64,000 nt of DNA from assembly GCA_016219715.1 (NCBI GenBank), contig JACRKX010000024.1:141-64140 (forward strand). The letters run 5' to 3'. A program made the translations under genes and the position numbers. The notes under the pieces are model-generated. The model was given only the letters and a program-made list of their open reading frames with translations, ran no database searches and was not told the DNA's origin. Positions 27,640 to 36,542 of this stretch are shown one piece after another. This DNA comes from Actinomycetota bacterium (GTDB taxonomy: Bacteria; Actinomycetota; Thermoleophilia; Solirubrobacterales; JACPNS01). Numbering within the stretch: the stretch's first letter is position 1; each line of letters begins with the position of its first letter.

Positions 27640-28857
27640 TCAGGCGCTGAACGCCTCGATCTCGTCGGCGGCTCGTTCCGCTCCGTTGTTATCGGCCGCC
27701 CACGCGGCGAGTTGACGGGCGCGCTCTGTCATCTCCGGATGGCGCAGAACCTTCTCGACCGCGGCGGCGATCGTGCGACGCGACAGGAAGCGGCTGGGCA
27801 CGGACACGCCGACGCCGGCCCATCGCAGGCGGGCCCCGTTCTCGAACTGATCGCCGCTTGCGGGGATCACGACCGGCACCGTGCCGCTGGTCAGCGCGCG
27901 CATGATCGTGCCGTGTCCGCCGTGGCAAACGATCACGTCGGCGATCGGCATCACCTGCGAATAGCTCACCCAGCCGACGATGACGGTGTTCGCTCCGGGT
28001 TTGAGTGGATGCTCAGGCTCGCGGGCGTTCTTCGTTGCCAGCACGCGTACGGGCAGGTCGCGCAGTCCGCTGACGCTTGCGCCCAGCATGCGGTGCTGTA
28101 AGTCTTGAGCGGTGCTTGGGGCGATGACGACTAGCGGGTCGTCGCCGGGCGGCAGCTCCGTTGGCCGCGACGGCGGTTCCCACATCACCGGACCGATCAC
28201 CTTTACGTGCGGGGGCCAATCGCGCGGCGGCTCGAGCTGGGGAAGCGTTCCAACCAGAACAAGATCCTGCGAGAGACCGCCGTGAACACGGTCGATCGCC
28301 GGCAATCCCACGTGCCGGCGCGTCTCGTTCATCTCGTCGCGGCCGAACTCCAGGGCGCGCCGTTCGAGGCGGCCGAGTCGTTTGAAGAAGGCTCGGGCGA
28401 TTGGGTTGTGCGCCGGCGCCCAGCCGCTGCCAAACGGCACAGTGTCGTCGCCGGTCGCATGCCAGAAGTGAGGTACGAAGCTGACGAGCGGCACGTTGTT
28501 TAGCTCTGATGCAAGCGTTCCCGAAAGCGTCAGCACGTCGCTGACCACAACATCGGGGCGAAAGTCCTGGATCACGCCGGAGAGCTGCCGCGCCGCCAGC
28601 GCCGCGGCTTCGTGAACGTTGGGTGCCGGCTGATCGGGTGGATGCTCGAAGACCGGTGCCTTGAAGAAGCGCATGCCGGCGGCTTCGATGTGCTCCTGCC
28701 AGCGGAACCACGTGTGCAGCCCGACCTCGTGCCCGCGCGCGACCAGCTCTCGGCCGATCGCGATTAGCGGAAAAGCATGCCCGGCCTCGCCGATCGCGAC
28801 CAGCAGGTAGCGGCGCTTGGCGCCCTGCCCACTTGAATTGGCGTTGCCGCGGTTCAC
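27640..28857 (-). CDS. GT1-family glycosyltransferase (MGT / UDP-glycosyltransferase type)
   Basis: RYLLVAIGEAGHAFPLIAIGRELVARGHEV at the N-terminus. C-terminal donor motif VCHGGHGTIMRALTSGTVPVVIPASGDQFENG. GTG at 28857 is chosen; the upstream part of the 574-aa ORF is Arg-rich read-through. Confidence 0.8.
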   Translation of the reverse strand: MNRGNANSSGQGAKRRYLLVAIGEAGHAFPLIAIGRELVARGHEVGLHTWFRWQEHIEAAGMRFFKAPVFEHPPDQPAPNVHEAAALAARQLSGVIQDFRPDVVVSDVLTLSGTLASELNNVPLVSFVPHFWHATGDDTVPFGSGWAPAHNPIARAFFKRLGRLERRALEFGRDEMNETRRHVGLPAIDRVHGGLSQDLVLVGTLPQLEPPRDWPPHVKVIGPVMWEPPSRPTELPPGDDPLVVIAPSTAQDLQHRMLGASVSGLRDLPVRVLATKNAREPEHPLKPGANTVIVGWVSYSQVMPIADVIVCHGGHGTIMRALTSGTVPVVIPASGDQFENGARLRWAGVGVSVPSRFLSRRTIAAAVEKVLRHPEMTERARQLAAWAADNNGAERAADEIEAFSA

Positions 28858-28868
28858 CGGCGGCGCGG

Positions 28869-29906
28869 CTACGCCGCCGCCTCGGCGACCGTCTGCAGGA
28901 TCGTGCGGCGACCGGCCTCGTCGGGCGCCATCGGCGAGATCAGCAGGTTGTCGACGCCGACGTCGCGGTAGGCGGCGATGCGCTCGGCCACCTGCTCCTT
29001 CGTGCCGACCAGCGAGACCAGGTCGATCAGCTCGGCCGGTAGCGCCGCGGCTGCTTCGTCGTACTTCTTGTCGAGATAGAGATCCTGAACGCGCCTGGCG
29101 TCGTCCTCGTAACCGTACGAGCTGACGAGATTGTTGTAGAAGTTCTTGTTGCGCGCTCCCATGCCGCCGATGTAGAGCGCCATGATCGGGCGGATCGTGT
29201 CGCGCAGGGCGTCGATGTCGCCGTCGCCGGTCGAGGCGAAGACGCTTGGCGAGATTGCGACGTCGTCGAGCGAGCGGCCCGCGCGCGCGGCGCCCTCGGC
29301 GAGGTTGGCGTTGAGCTTGGCCGCGTGTTCGGGCGCGTAGAGGTAGGGCAACCAGCCGTCGCACAGCTCGCCGGCAAGTGCCGTGTTGTTCGGGCCGATC
29401 GCCGCCAGATAGATCGGAATGCGCTCCTGGACCGGCGGCAGCATGATCTTCAGGGGCTTGCCGAGCCCATCGGGCAGTGGCAGCTTGTAGATGTCGCCGT
29501 CGTACTCGACGCGCTCACGTCCGAGCATCTTGCGCAGGATCTCGACGTACTCACGCGTGCGCTGGATCTGCTTGGCGAAGGGCTGACCGTGCCAGCCTTC
29601 GGCGACCTGCGGGCCGCTGCTACCGAGTCCGAGAATGAACCGGCCGCCGCTGATGCAGTCGAGCGTCGTGGCCGTCATCGCACAGTTGCCGGGGGTGCGC
29701 CCTGGGATCTGGAAGATCGCCGAGCCGAGCTTGATCCGCTCGGTCTGAGAGGCGAACCAGGCCAGCGGCGTGGCGGCGTCGCTGCCGTACGCCTCGGCCG
29801 TCCAGACGCTGTCGTAGCCGAACTGCTCGGCCGCCTTCACCGTTTGCAGCTGTTCGAGCAGCAGGTCGCGGTTGACCACGTAGCCGACGTGTACTCCAAG
29901 TTTCAT
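28869..29906 (-). CDS. Luciferase-like monooxygenase (LLM) family oxidoreductase, probably flavin/F420-dependent
   Basis: MKLGVHVGY...FGYDSVWTAEAYGSDA...RFILGLGSSGPQVAEGWHG is typical of the LLM class. ATG at 29906 with GGAG upstream. Confidence 0.8.
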   Translation of the reverse strand: MKLGVHVGYVVNRDLLLEQLQTVKAAEQFGYDSVWTAEAYGSDAATPLAWFASQTERIKLGSAIFQIPGRTPGNCAMTATTLDCISGGRFILGLGSSGPQVAEGWHGQPFAKQIQRTREYVEILRKMLGRERVEYDGDIYKLPLPDGLGKPLKIMLPPVQERIPIYLAAIGPNNTALAGELCDGWLPYLYAPEHAAKLNANLAEGAARAGRSLDDVAISPSVFASTGDGDIDALRDTIRPIMALYIGGMGARNKNFYNNLVSSYGYEDDARRVQDLYLDKKYDEAAAALPAELIDLVSLVGTKEQVAERIAAYRDVGVDNLLISPMAPDEAGRRTILQTVAEAAA

Positions 29907-29923
29907 TGGGGGGACTCCAGTCG

Positions 29924-30652
29924 CTAGAAGAGGTCGTCGCCGACGCGCTCGAAGACGATCTCGGGGATTCGCACGTTGGGTGACAGGGAAAGCAGCCACA
30001 GAACGGCGCTCGACAGGTCTTCTGGGCGGATCATCTTCTCGCCGGGTACGCCGCCGTGCTGCGCGAACTCGGTCATCGGCGTCTCGACGAAGGCGGGGGA
30101 GAGGGCCGTGACGCGGATGCCCTCGTTCTGCAACTCCTTGTGGATGCCGTTGCTCCAGTTGGCGATCGCGGCCTTGGTGGCGGCGTAGACCGACAGCCAC
30201 GGCTGCCCGTACCGGCCGGCGATCGACGCGAGATTGATGATGTAGGAGGTCTCGTTTGCCTTGGCGGACTCGCGCAGCATCGGCAACGCCTCTCGCGTGC
30301 AGATCACGGTTGAGCGGATGTTTACGTCGAGCTGCATGTCGAGGTACTTGGTCTGCGTGTCACCGACCGCCGAGCCGATGCCCACCCCGGCGTTGTTGAC
30401 GAGCACGTCGAGGCCGCCGTATCTGTCTTCGTGCGACTGGACGAGCGCGATGACCGACTGTTCGCTCGCTGCATCGCAGACGACGTCGTTGATCTCACGA
30501 CCACCCTCGCGTAGTGCCTCGGCAGCTCCCCGCAACTTCTCTTCGCGGCGACCACTGATCGTGACGGCGAATCCGTCGCCGGCGAGCGCCTTGGCGATTG
30601 CGTAGCCGATGCCGCTGGAGCCGCCGGTGACGAGTGCTGTGCGCTGTGACAC
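29924..30652 (-). CDS. Short-chain dehydrogenase/reductase
   Basis: TALVTGGSSGIGYAIA (cofactor motif), NNAG, and the YAATKAA catalytic motif. GTG at 30652. Confidence 0.85.
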   Translation of the reverse strand: MSQRTALVTGGSSGIGYAIAKALAGDGFAVTISGRREEKLRGAAEALREGGREINDVVCDAASEQSVIALVQSHEDRYGGLDVLVNNAGVGIGSAVGDTQTKYLDMQLDVNIRSTVICTREALPMLRESAKANETSYIINLASIAGRYGQPWLSVYAATKAAIANWSNGIHKELQNEGIRVTALSPAFVETPMTEFAQHGGVPGEKMIRPEDLSSAVLWLLSLSPNVRIPEIVFERVGDDLF

Positions 30653-30736
30653 GAGGTGAAAGATTTCCTGCCGGACGAGGGTGCGAGCAGGCACGCCCTC
30701 CATTGCGTGCGGCATCATATCGGCGTGGCGGCTTCG

Positions 30737-31006
30737 ATGGACGATCTGGTCGAGCGGTTCAGGGCGGAGGCCGTTGAGCGCTTCGAGCGCATTCGCGAAC
30801 TGTCCGTGGACGACACACTCGGCGACGACAGGTACGAGGCGATCCGCGAGGAGGCGCACAAGTTGAAAGGCGCGGCAGGCATGCTCGGCTTCTCCGAGTT
30901 GAAGGAGCGCGCCGCGGAGCTGGAGGATCTCGTCAGGCTCGGTCCCGACTCGGCCTCTGCGCTCGGCGTGGCCGTGGCGAGAATGCACGACGCGCTGCCG
31001 GCCTGA
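30737..31006 (+). CDS. Stand-alone histidine phosphotransfer (HPt) domain protein
   Basis: 89 aa. EAHKLKGAAGMLGFSEL matches the HPt H-x-x-K-G signature in a four-helix context. ATG at 30737. Confidence 0.6.
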   Translation: MDDLVERFRAEAVERFERIRELSVDDTLGDDRYEAIREEAHKLKGAAGMLGFSELKERAAELEDLVRLGPDSASALGVAVARMHDALPA

Positions 31007-31134
31007 CCGTCGCATAAGGCATTCCTAAGCCCCAATCAGGCTGCCCGAACGGACCGCGTCCGCCCGAGAGGCTGAAATAATCAGTCCAATCGACACTCAA
31101 TCGAGCGAAACGCGACGATCGGATCGGAGAAGCC

Positions 31135-31638
31135 ATGCTCAAGCCAGCACTGCAAGACGCCCTCAACGAACAGGTCAAGAACGAGTTCTACTCGGCAAAC
31201 GTCTACCTGGCGATGGTTGCGTGGTTCGAGGACCAGGGCCTTCCCGGCTTCGCCACCTGGATGCGCGCGCAGTACCACGAGGAGCTCGACCACGGCATGA
31301 AGATCTTCGACTTCATCCTCGACCGTGACGGCAAGGTCGTGATCGAGGCGATCGATGCCCCGCCGCTCGAATACGCCTCGCCGCTAGAGGCTTTCGAGGC
31401 GGCCTACGAGAACGAGAAGAAGGTCAGCAAGATGATCGACGACCTCTACGACCTCGCAAACGCCGAACACGACCACGCGACTCAGGTGATGTTGCAGTGG
31501 TTCATCACCGAACAGGTCGAGGAAGAGGCTTCCACGAAGCTCGCGGTCGACAAGCTCAAGCTCGCCGGCAGCGACAGCGGCGCCTTGTTTGTGCTCGACC
31601 AGCAGTTCGGCGCGCGCCAGCCGGGTCAGGAGGCATAA
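31135..31638 (+). CDS. ftn: Ferritin (non-haem, Ftn type)
   Basis: LNEQVKNEFYSANVYLAMVAWF...YHEELDHGMKIFDFI...EHDHATQVMLQWFITEQVEEE carries the ferroxidase-centre residues. Confidence 0.9.
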   Translation: MLKPALQDALNEQVKNEFYSANVYLAMVAWFEDQGLPGFATWMRAQYHEELDHGMKIFDFILDRDGKVVIEAIDAPPLEYASPLEAFEAAYENEKKVSKMIDDLYDLANAEHDHATQVMLQWFITEQVEEEASTKLAVDKLKLAGSDSGALFVLDQQFGARQPGQEA

Positions 31639-31643
31639 GCGCC

Positions 31644-31666
31644 GGGCGCGGGGCCGACCCGCGCCC
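31644..31666. terminator. GC hairpin between convergent ftn and typA (bidirectional terminator candidate)
   Basis: GGGCGCGGG-gccga-CCCGCGCCC, a 9-bp stem. It starts 6 nt after the ftn stop and ends 4 nt before the typA stop. No clear U-tract. Confidence 0.45.
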
Positions 31667-31669
31667 GCG

Positions 31670-33520
31670 TCAGGCCTTCGCCTTTTCGCGCTCCTTCGCG
31701 CGTTTGCGCTCGTGCGGGATCAGTTCGCGTTTGCGCAGGCGCATCGACGTCGGCGTGACTTCGAGCAGCTCGTCGTTCTCTAGGAAGTCCATGTTCTGTT
31801 CAAGGCTGAAGATCGTCGGCGGTGTTAGCTGGACGACGCCGTCGCTGGCCTTCGAGCGGATGTTGGTGAGCTGCTTGGCCTTGCAGACGTTGATCTCGAG
31901 ATCGTCGCTGCGGCTGTTGAGGCCGATGATCTGTCCCTGGTAGACCTTGTCGGTCGGGTTGATGAACACCGTGCCGCGCTCCTGGGCGTTCTCGAGTGCG
32001 TGGGGGGTGGCCGTGCCCGTCTCGAATGCGATCAGCGCGCCATTGCGCTGCTGCTCGAGCGAGGCGCCGAGCGGCTGGTAACCGCTGTGCAGCGAGTTCA
32101 TCACCGCGGTGCCCTTGGTGTTGGTCATCAAGATGCCGCGCACACCCAGCAGTGCTCGCGTGGGAATCTCATAGGTCAGGCGGGTCAGTCCGCCGCTGAC
32201 GTTGTGCTGGTCCTTCATCACGGCACGGCGCTGGCCGAACTCCGTTTGCACGGCGCCGGAATGCTCGTCGGGCACCTCGATCACGACCTCTTCGACGGGT
32301 TCGAAGATCTCGCCCTCGATCTCGGTGGTCACGACCTGCGGGCGGCCGACTTCGAGCTCGAAACCTTCGCGGCGCATCGTCTCGATCAGCACGCTTAGGT
32401 GGAGTTCGCCGCGGCCGCTGACCAGGAAGCCCTTGTCGTACTGGTCGACGCGCAGTCCGACGTTGGTCTCTAGCTCTTTCCGCAGCCGCTCGGCGATCTG
32501 GCGGCTGGTCGTGAAATCGCCCTCGGTTCCCTTGAAGGGGCTGGTGTTGGGCCCGAGGTAGATGCGCAATGTCGGCGCCTCGACTTCGATCGTCGGCAGC
32601 GCGTCGGGCGCTTCGACGTTGGCGATCGTCTCTCCGATCTGCGCGTCGGCGACGCCGGTCAGTTGAACGATGTCGCCCGCGACGCCCTGGTCGACCGGGA
32701 ACTTGGCGAGACCGTGACTCATGAAGACGTCGCCGACCCGCGACTTGGCGATCTCCCCGTCGCGCTTGACCAGCGCCACCGCGTCACCTGACTTGATCTG
32801 GCCGCGGTTGATGCGGCCGATCGCGTACTTGCCCTTGAACGTGTCCCAGGCCAGCGCAGTGACGAGCATCTGGAACGGCCCGTCTGCCTGCACGCGCGGC
32901 GCCGGGATGTACTCGATGATCGCCTCGAAGAGTGGGGTGAGGTCGGCGTCGACAGAGGAATCGGCGGGAGCCTGAGCCCATGCCTTGCCCTCGCGACCGA
33001 TTGCGTAGAACTCGGGGTAGTGCAGCTGGTCGTCGTCGATGGCCAGCTCGAGGAAGAGGTCGGCCAGTTCGTGCTCGACCTCTTCGATGCGGCTCGCCGG
33101 CTTGTCGATCTTGTTGATCACGACGATCGGCTTGAGGCCGTTCTGCAGTGCCTTGGTCAGCACGAACTTCGTCTGCGGCATCGGGCCTTCCTGGGCGTCG
33201 ACGATCAGCAGACAGCCGTCGGCCATGTTCAGCGTGCGCTCGACCTCGCCGGAGAAGTCGGCGTGGCCGGGGGTGTCGATGATGTTGAGCCGGTAGTCGC
33301 CGTACTCGACGGCGGTCACCTTCGCGGTGATCGTGATTCCGCGCTCTTTCTCCTGGTCGCCGCTGTCCATGATCAGCTCTTGGCTCATCTCGGCCTGGTT
33401 GTCGCGAAAGACCTGCGACTGCTTCAGCAGGTGATCGACCAGGGTGGTCTTACCGTGGTCGACGTGGGCGATGATCGCCAGATTGCGAATCTTGGCGGGG
33501 TCTGTGGGGGGCGCAGCCAT
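31670..33520 (-). CDS. typA: Translational GTPase TypA/BipA
   Basis: [27 protein letters not shown] and NKID motifs, with a C-terminal BipA-specific domain. ATG at 33520. Confidence 0.93.
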   Translation of the reverse strand: MAAPPTDPAKIRNLAIIAHVDHGKTTLVDHLLKQSQVFRDNQAEMSQELIMDSGDQEKERGITITAKVTAVEYGDYRLNIIDTPGHADFSGEVERTLNMADGCLLIVDAQEGPMPQTKFVLTKALQNGLKPIVVINKIDKPASRIEEVEHELADLFLELAIDDDQLHYPEFYAIGREGKAWAQAPADSSVDADLTPLFEAIIEYIPAPRVQADGPFQMLVTALAWDTFKGKYAIGRINRGQIKSGDAVALVKRDGEIAKSRVGDVFMSHGLAKFPVDQGVAGDIVQLTGVADAQIGETIANVEAPDALPTIEVEAPTLRIYLGPNTSPFKGTEGDFTTSRQIAERLRKELETNVGLRVDQYDKGFLVSGRGELHLSVLIETMRREGFELEVGRPQVVTTEIEGEIFEPVEEVVIEVPDEHSGAVQTEFGQRRAVMKDQHNVSGGLTRLTYEIPTRALLGVRGILMTNTKGTAVMNSLHSGYQPLGASLEQQRNGALIAFETGTATPHALENAQERGTVFINPTDKVYQGQIIGLNSRSDDLEINVCKAKQLTNIRSKASDGVVQLTPPTIFSLEQNMDFLENDELLEVTPTSMRLRKRELIPHERKRAKEREKAKA

Positions 33521-33602
33521 GCGACTAAGACGGTAGCGGGATGGAGGTTGGGTCGGCGTTCGGTGTGTGAAGTGAGGCGGGGTGGAGGCCTTGAATCGCC
33601 GA

Positions 33603-33713
33603 ATTAACAAATATGTGGTTTATGCATTTCGGATCTAGCCAGGTGCACACCAGCCGCCGATCGACGGCATCGGCGGCCTCGACGGCGATGTTATAAAGCG
33701 CATATTTGTTAAT
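33603..33713. repeat. 13-bp perfect AT-rich inverted repeat enclosing a GC hairpin (typA upstream / glnK downstream)
   Basis: ATTAACAAATATG (33603-33615) and CATATTTGTTAAT (33701-33713) are separated by 85 nt. The spacer contains GCCGCCGAT-N7-ATCGGCGGC (33653-33677). Confidence 0.7.
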
Positions 33714-33769
33714 ACGCCTTGTTGACGGCCTGGTCGGCAGGGCGCACAAGGCCGAATGAGCGGCTGGAC

Positions 33770-34135
33770 CTACTCCTGCTCCTGCGAGAGATGCGGCTCG
33801 AGCACGTCGCTGCCGCGTTCGCCGGTGCGAATGCGAATCGTCTCCTCAACGGGAATGATGAAGATCTTTCCGTCGCCGACTTCGCCTGACTTTGCGTTGT
33901 TGAGGATGATGTCCACGACCTTCTCGACTTCGCTGTCGTCGACGACACACTCGATCTTCAGCTTCGGGCGCAGGTGGATCACAAGCTCGGCGCCGCGGTA
34001 GTGCTCGACCACTCCCTCCTGGCGGCCAGAGCCTTTGACCTCGGCTACGGACATGCTGGGCACACCCACGTCGAGCAGGTCGCGGCGGATCGGGTCGAAT
34101 GCCTCGTGACGGATGAATGCTTCGATCTTTTTCAT
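33770..34135 (-). CDS. glnK: P-II nitrogen regulatory protein (GlnK type, downstream of amtB)
   Basis: MKKIEAFIRHEAFDPIRRDLLDVGVPSMSVAEVKGSGRQ...GDGKIFIIPVEE is a P-II fold. Classic amtB-glnK pairing. Confidence 0.9.
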   Translation of the reverse strand: MKKIEAFIRHEAFDPIRRDLLDVGVPSMSVAEVKGSGRQEGVVEHYRGAELVIHLRPKLKIECVVDDSEVEKVVDIILNNAKSGEVGDGKIFIIPVEETIRIRTGERGSDVLEPHLSQEQE

Positions 34136-34194
34136 GCTTGAAAGCTCCTTGACGAGTTGGGTTCAGAAACTATCGGCGTGAACGGCTGGCTGCG

Positions 34195-35673
34195 TCAATG
34201 GCGCGAGGCGATCGCAGCGGCCGTCTGGTAGGAGGTTGCGCCGGGCATGCCGGGATCGGCCAGCTCCGTTGGCGGGATGAAGACCTCGGGGTAGCCGTAC
34301 ATGCCGTGGTCGGAGATGTCGAGTCCGTCGTCTTCCTCGGTGGCGCTGACGCGCATGCCGATCGTCGCCTTGATCGCACCGAAGATCGCGAGGCTCGCGA
34401 CGAATGTGAAAGTCGCGACGATCGCGGCGCCGGCCAGCTGGACGCCGACCTGGCGCAGGCTCCCGGAGTAGACGAGGCCGCCGATGAACTCCTGGCCGTC
34501 TTTCACACCGACTCCGTTGCCCTCGGCGAACCTAGGTAGCGCGAAGATGCCGACGGCGATTGTGCCCCACAATCCCACGGCGCCGTGGGCGATGATCGCG
34601 CCGATCGGGTCGTCGAGCCGTGCGTCGATCCAGCGCAGGCCCTTCACGACGAGCATGCCGCCGATCAAGCCAATCGGAACGGCCGCCCAGACCTCGACGT
34701 AGCCCGACGGCGCCGTGATCGAGACGGCACCCGCGATCGCGCCGTTGCCGATCATCGCGATGTCGAAGTTCCGCTCGTAGATCCAGTTCAGTGCGGCCGC
34801 GCCCAGCACGCCGCAGGCAACCGACATGTTCGTGACCACCGCGACCTCGGCGAAGCGGTTGCCGAGCGCGCCAAAGGTCGAGCCGGCGTTGAAGCCGAAC
34901 CAGCCGAACCAGAGGATCAGTACACCGATGCCGAACATCGGAAGCGAGTGGCCGGGCAGCGGGCGGCTGTGGCCGTCTCTGTACTTACCGCGGCGCGCGC
35001 CGAGCAGCAGGACGCCGGCGAGGCCCGCGACGCCGGCCATCAGGTGGATCGCCGCCGAGCCGGCGAAGTCTTCCATGCCCCACTGCTGCAGGAAGCCGCC
35101 ACCGTAGACCCAATGGGCGACCAGCGGGTAGATGACGGCGCAGAAGAGAAAGCCGTAGACGATGTAGGTGGTGAACTTGACGCGTTCGACCAGCGGGCCC
35201 ATCGCAATGCCGAGCGCCACCGCGGCGAAGGCGAACTGGAACAGGAACTTCGCGTAGATCGACGCGTCTGAGGCGCCCATCGCCGGGAAAGCGGTCAGCG
35301 GATCGTCGAAGCCAGACAGGAAGAATCCGGTCGTGCCGAGGATCTCGCCCGTGCCGTCGCCGCCACCGCCGAATGCGACCGCGAAGCCGATCGTCCAGAA
35401 CGCGATCGCCGCAAGCGCCGCGTTGAAGACGATCTTGGCGACGATCGATCCCGCGTTCTTGCCGCGCACCAGCCCGATCTCGAGCGCGGCGAGGCCGCCG
35501 AGCATCAGGAAGACGAGGAAGGCGCAGATCATCACCCAGAGAGTGTCGATCGCAGAGTTGGATTCGGCGAAGCTGCCGGCGCCATCGGCGGCCGTTGCCA
35601 TGGCCGGAAGCGCGAATAGGGCCAGCAGGGATAGGACAGGCAGCGCGAGCGCGCGGCGACGATGGCGAAGCAA
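34195..35673 (-). CDS. amtB: Ammonium transporter
   Basis: DTLWVMICAFLVFLM, AIHLMAG and FGWFGFNAGS motifs with an N-terminal signal peptide. TTG at 35673 is preceded by GGGGGAA. Confidence 0.9.
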   Translation of the reverse strand: MLRHRRRALALPVLSLLALFALPAMATAADGAGSFAESNSAIDTLWVMICAFLVFLMLGGLAALEIGLVRGKNAGSIVAKIVFNAALAAIAFWTIGFAVAFGGGGDGTGEILGTTGFFLSGFDDPLTAFPAMGASDASIYAKFLFQFAFAAVALGIAMGPLVERVKFTTYIVYGFLFCAVIYPLVAHWVYGGGFLQQWGMEDFAGSAAIHLMAGVAGLAGVLLLGARRGKYRDGHSRPLPGHSLPMFGIGVLILWFGWFGFNAGSTFGALGNRFAEVAVVTNMSVACGVLGAAALNWIYERNFDIAMIGNGAIAGAVSITAPSGYVEVWAAVPIGLIGGMLVVKGLRWIDARLDDPIGAIIAHGAVGLWGTIAVGIFALPRFAEGNGVGVKDGQEFIGGLVYSGSLRQVGVQLAGAAIVATFTFVASLAIFGAIKATIGMRVSATEEDDGLDISDHGMYGYPEVFIPPTELADPGMPGATSYQTAAAIASRH

Positions 35674-35795
35674 GGTGATTCCCCCTGAAAATTGTTCGGA
35701 CCGGGACAGAACAACACCGCGCGTGGGAGGCACGGAAGGGGCAAGTCTAATTGGCGGCTGGCCGGAACCGCGGGCCGGTGCCCGCGCCCGCCTGA

Positions 35796-36284
35796 TCAGG
35801 CGATCTGCTCGATCTTTCCGCCGTGTACGTCGAAGATGAACTCCCCGACTTCGATCCCCTCGGGGAACAGCTCGCAACTGCGTAGTCGCTCGGCGTCGGC
35901 GTGAAGCGTTTGGACCTGATCGTCGATCGTCATGAAGTCGATCTCGGCGGCGGAGTTGCCCGTTGCGGCCGAGACGATCTGCTCGATCGACTGCTGGGTG
36001 TTGTTGGCCACACCGCAGTCGGTGTGCTGCATCAGCGCGATGCGGTTCACGCCAAGCACGTGGGTGGCGATGATCAACGTACGCAGCACGTCGTCGGTGA
36101 CGCGCGCGCCGGCGTTACGGATGATCTTGGCGTCACCGGTTATCAGGCCCAGCGCCTGCAGCGGCTCGATGCGCGAGTCGATGCAGGTGACCACCGCGAG
36201 ACCGCGGCGAGCGCGACCGCTGGCGAGTTCTTCGTGGCCTTCCGCGTAGGCGGCGTTGGCGGTGAGGATGTCGTTGAAGGGCAA
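35796..36284 (-). CDS. Beta-class carbonic anhydrase
   Basis: Zinc ligand motifs CIDSR and HTDCG. About 162 aa, similar in layout to mycobacterial CanA-type enzymes. Confidence 0.85.
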   Translation of the reverse strand: MPFNDILTANAAYAEGHEELASGRARRGLAVVTCIDSRIEPLQALGLITGDAKIIRNAGARVTDDVLRTLIIATHVLGVNRIALMQHTDCGVANNTQQSIEQIVSAATGNSAAEIDFMTIDDQVQTLHADAERLRSCELFPEGIEVGEFIFDVHGGKIEQIA

Positions 36285-36311
36285 GGTGGCTCTCGGTGAC
36301 GAATTGTTCGA

Positions 36312-36385
<74 letters not shown>

Positions 36386-36542
36386 GTGGCGGTGATCTTA
36401 TGTGCGCCGCAGGCCGGTGTGGGCCATTTGCCGCCATCGGCGCGCGGGGTCAAACTCATTCATGCGGTTTGCAGCAACTTTTTCCGTCCGGAGGTCGATT
36501 CACCGGAAGGAGTACCCCGCGGATACGTCGAAAAACCGGCCC

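Noticed and set aside
28858-29364. N-terminal 170 aa of the 574-aa ORF 27640-29364. Similar long N-terminal extensions occur in ORFs 2038-2817, 31670-33610, 34195-35877, 36402-37481, 37483-40608, 40289-41200, 41133-42887, 42266-44383, 44287-45969, 53119-54168 and 54576-56246.
   Set aside because: The extensions are Arg/Pro-rich, overlap the neighbouring real genes, and precede internal start codons that give canonical N-termini. I trimmed these genes to the internal starts.
31016-31134. Possible IdeR/DtxR-type box upstream of ferritin (TTCCTAAGCCCCAATCAGG)
   Set aside because: It contains one CCTAA half-site but aligns well neither to the iron-box consensus nor to the TTAGGCAACCCTAAC motif found at 24541 and 26076.
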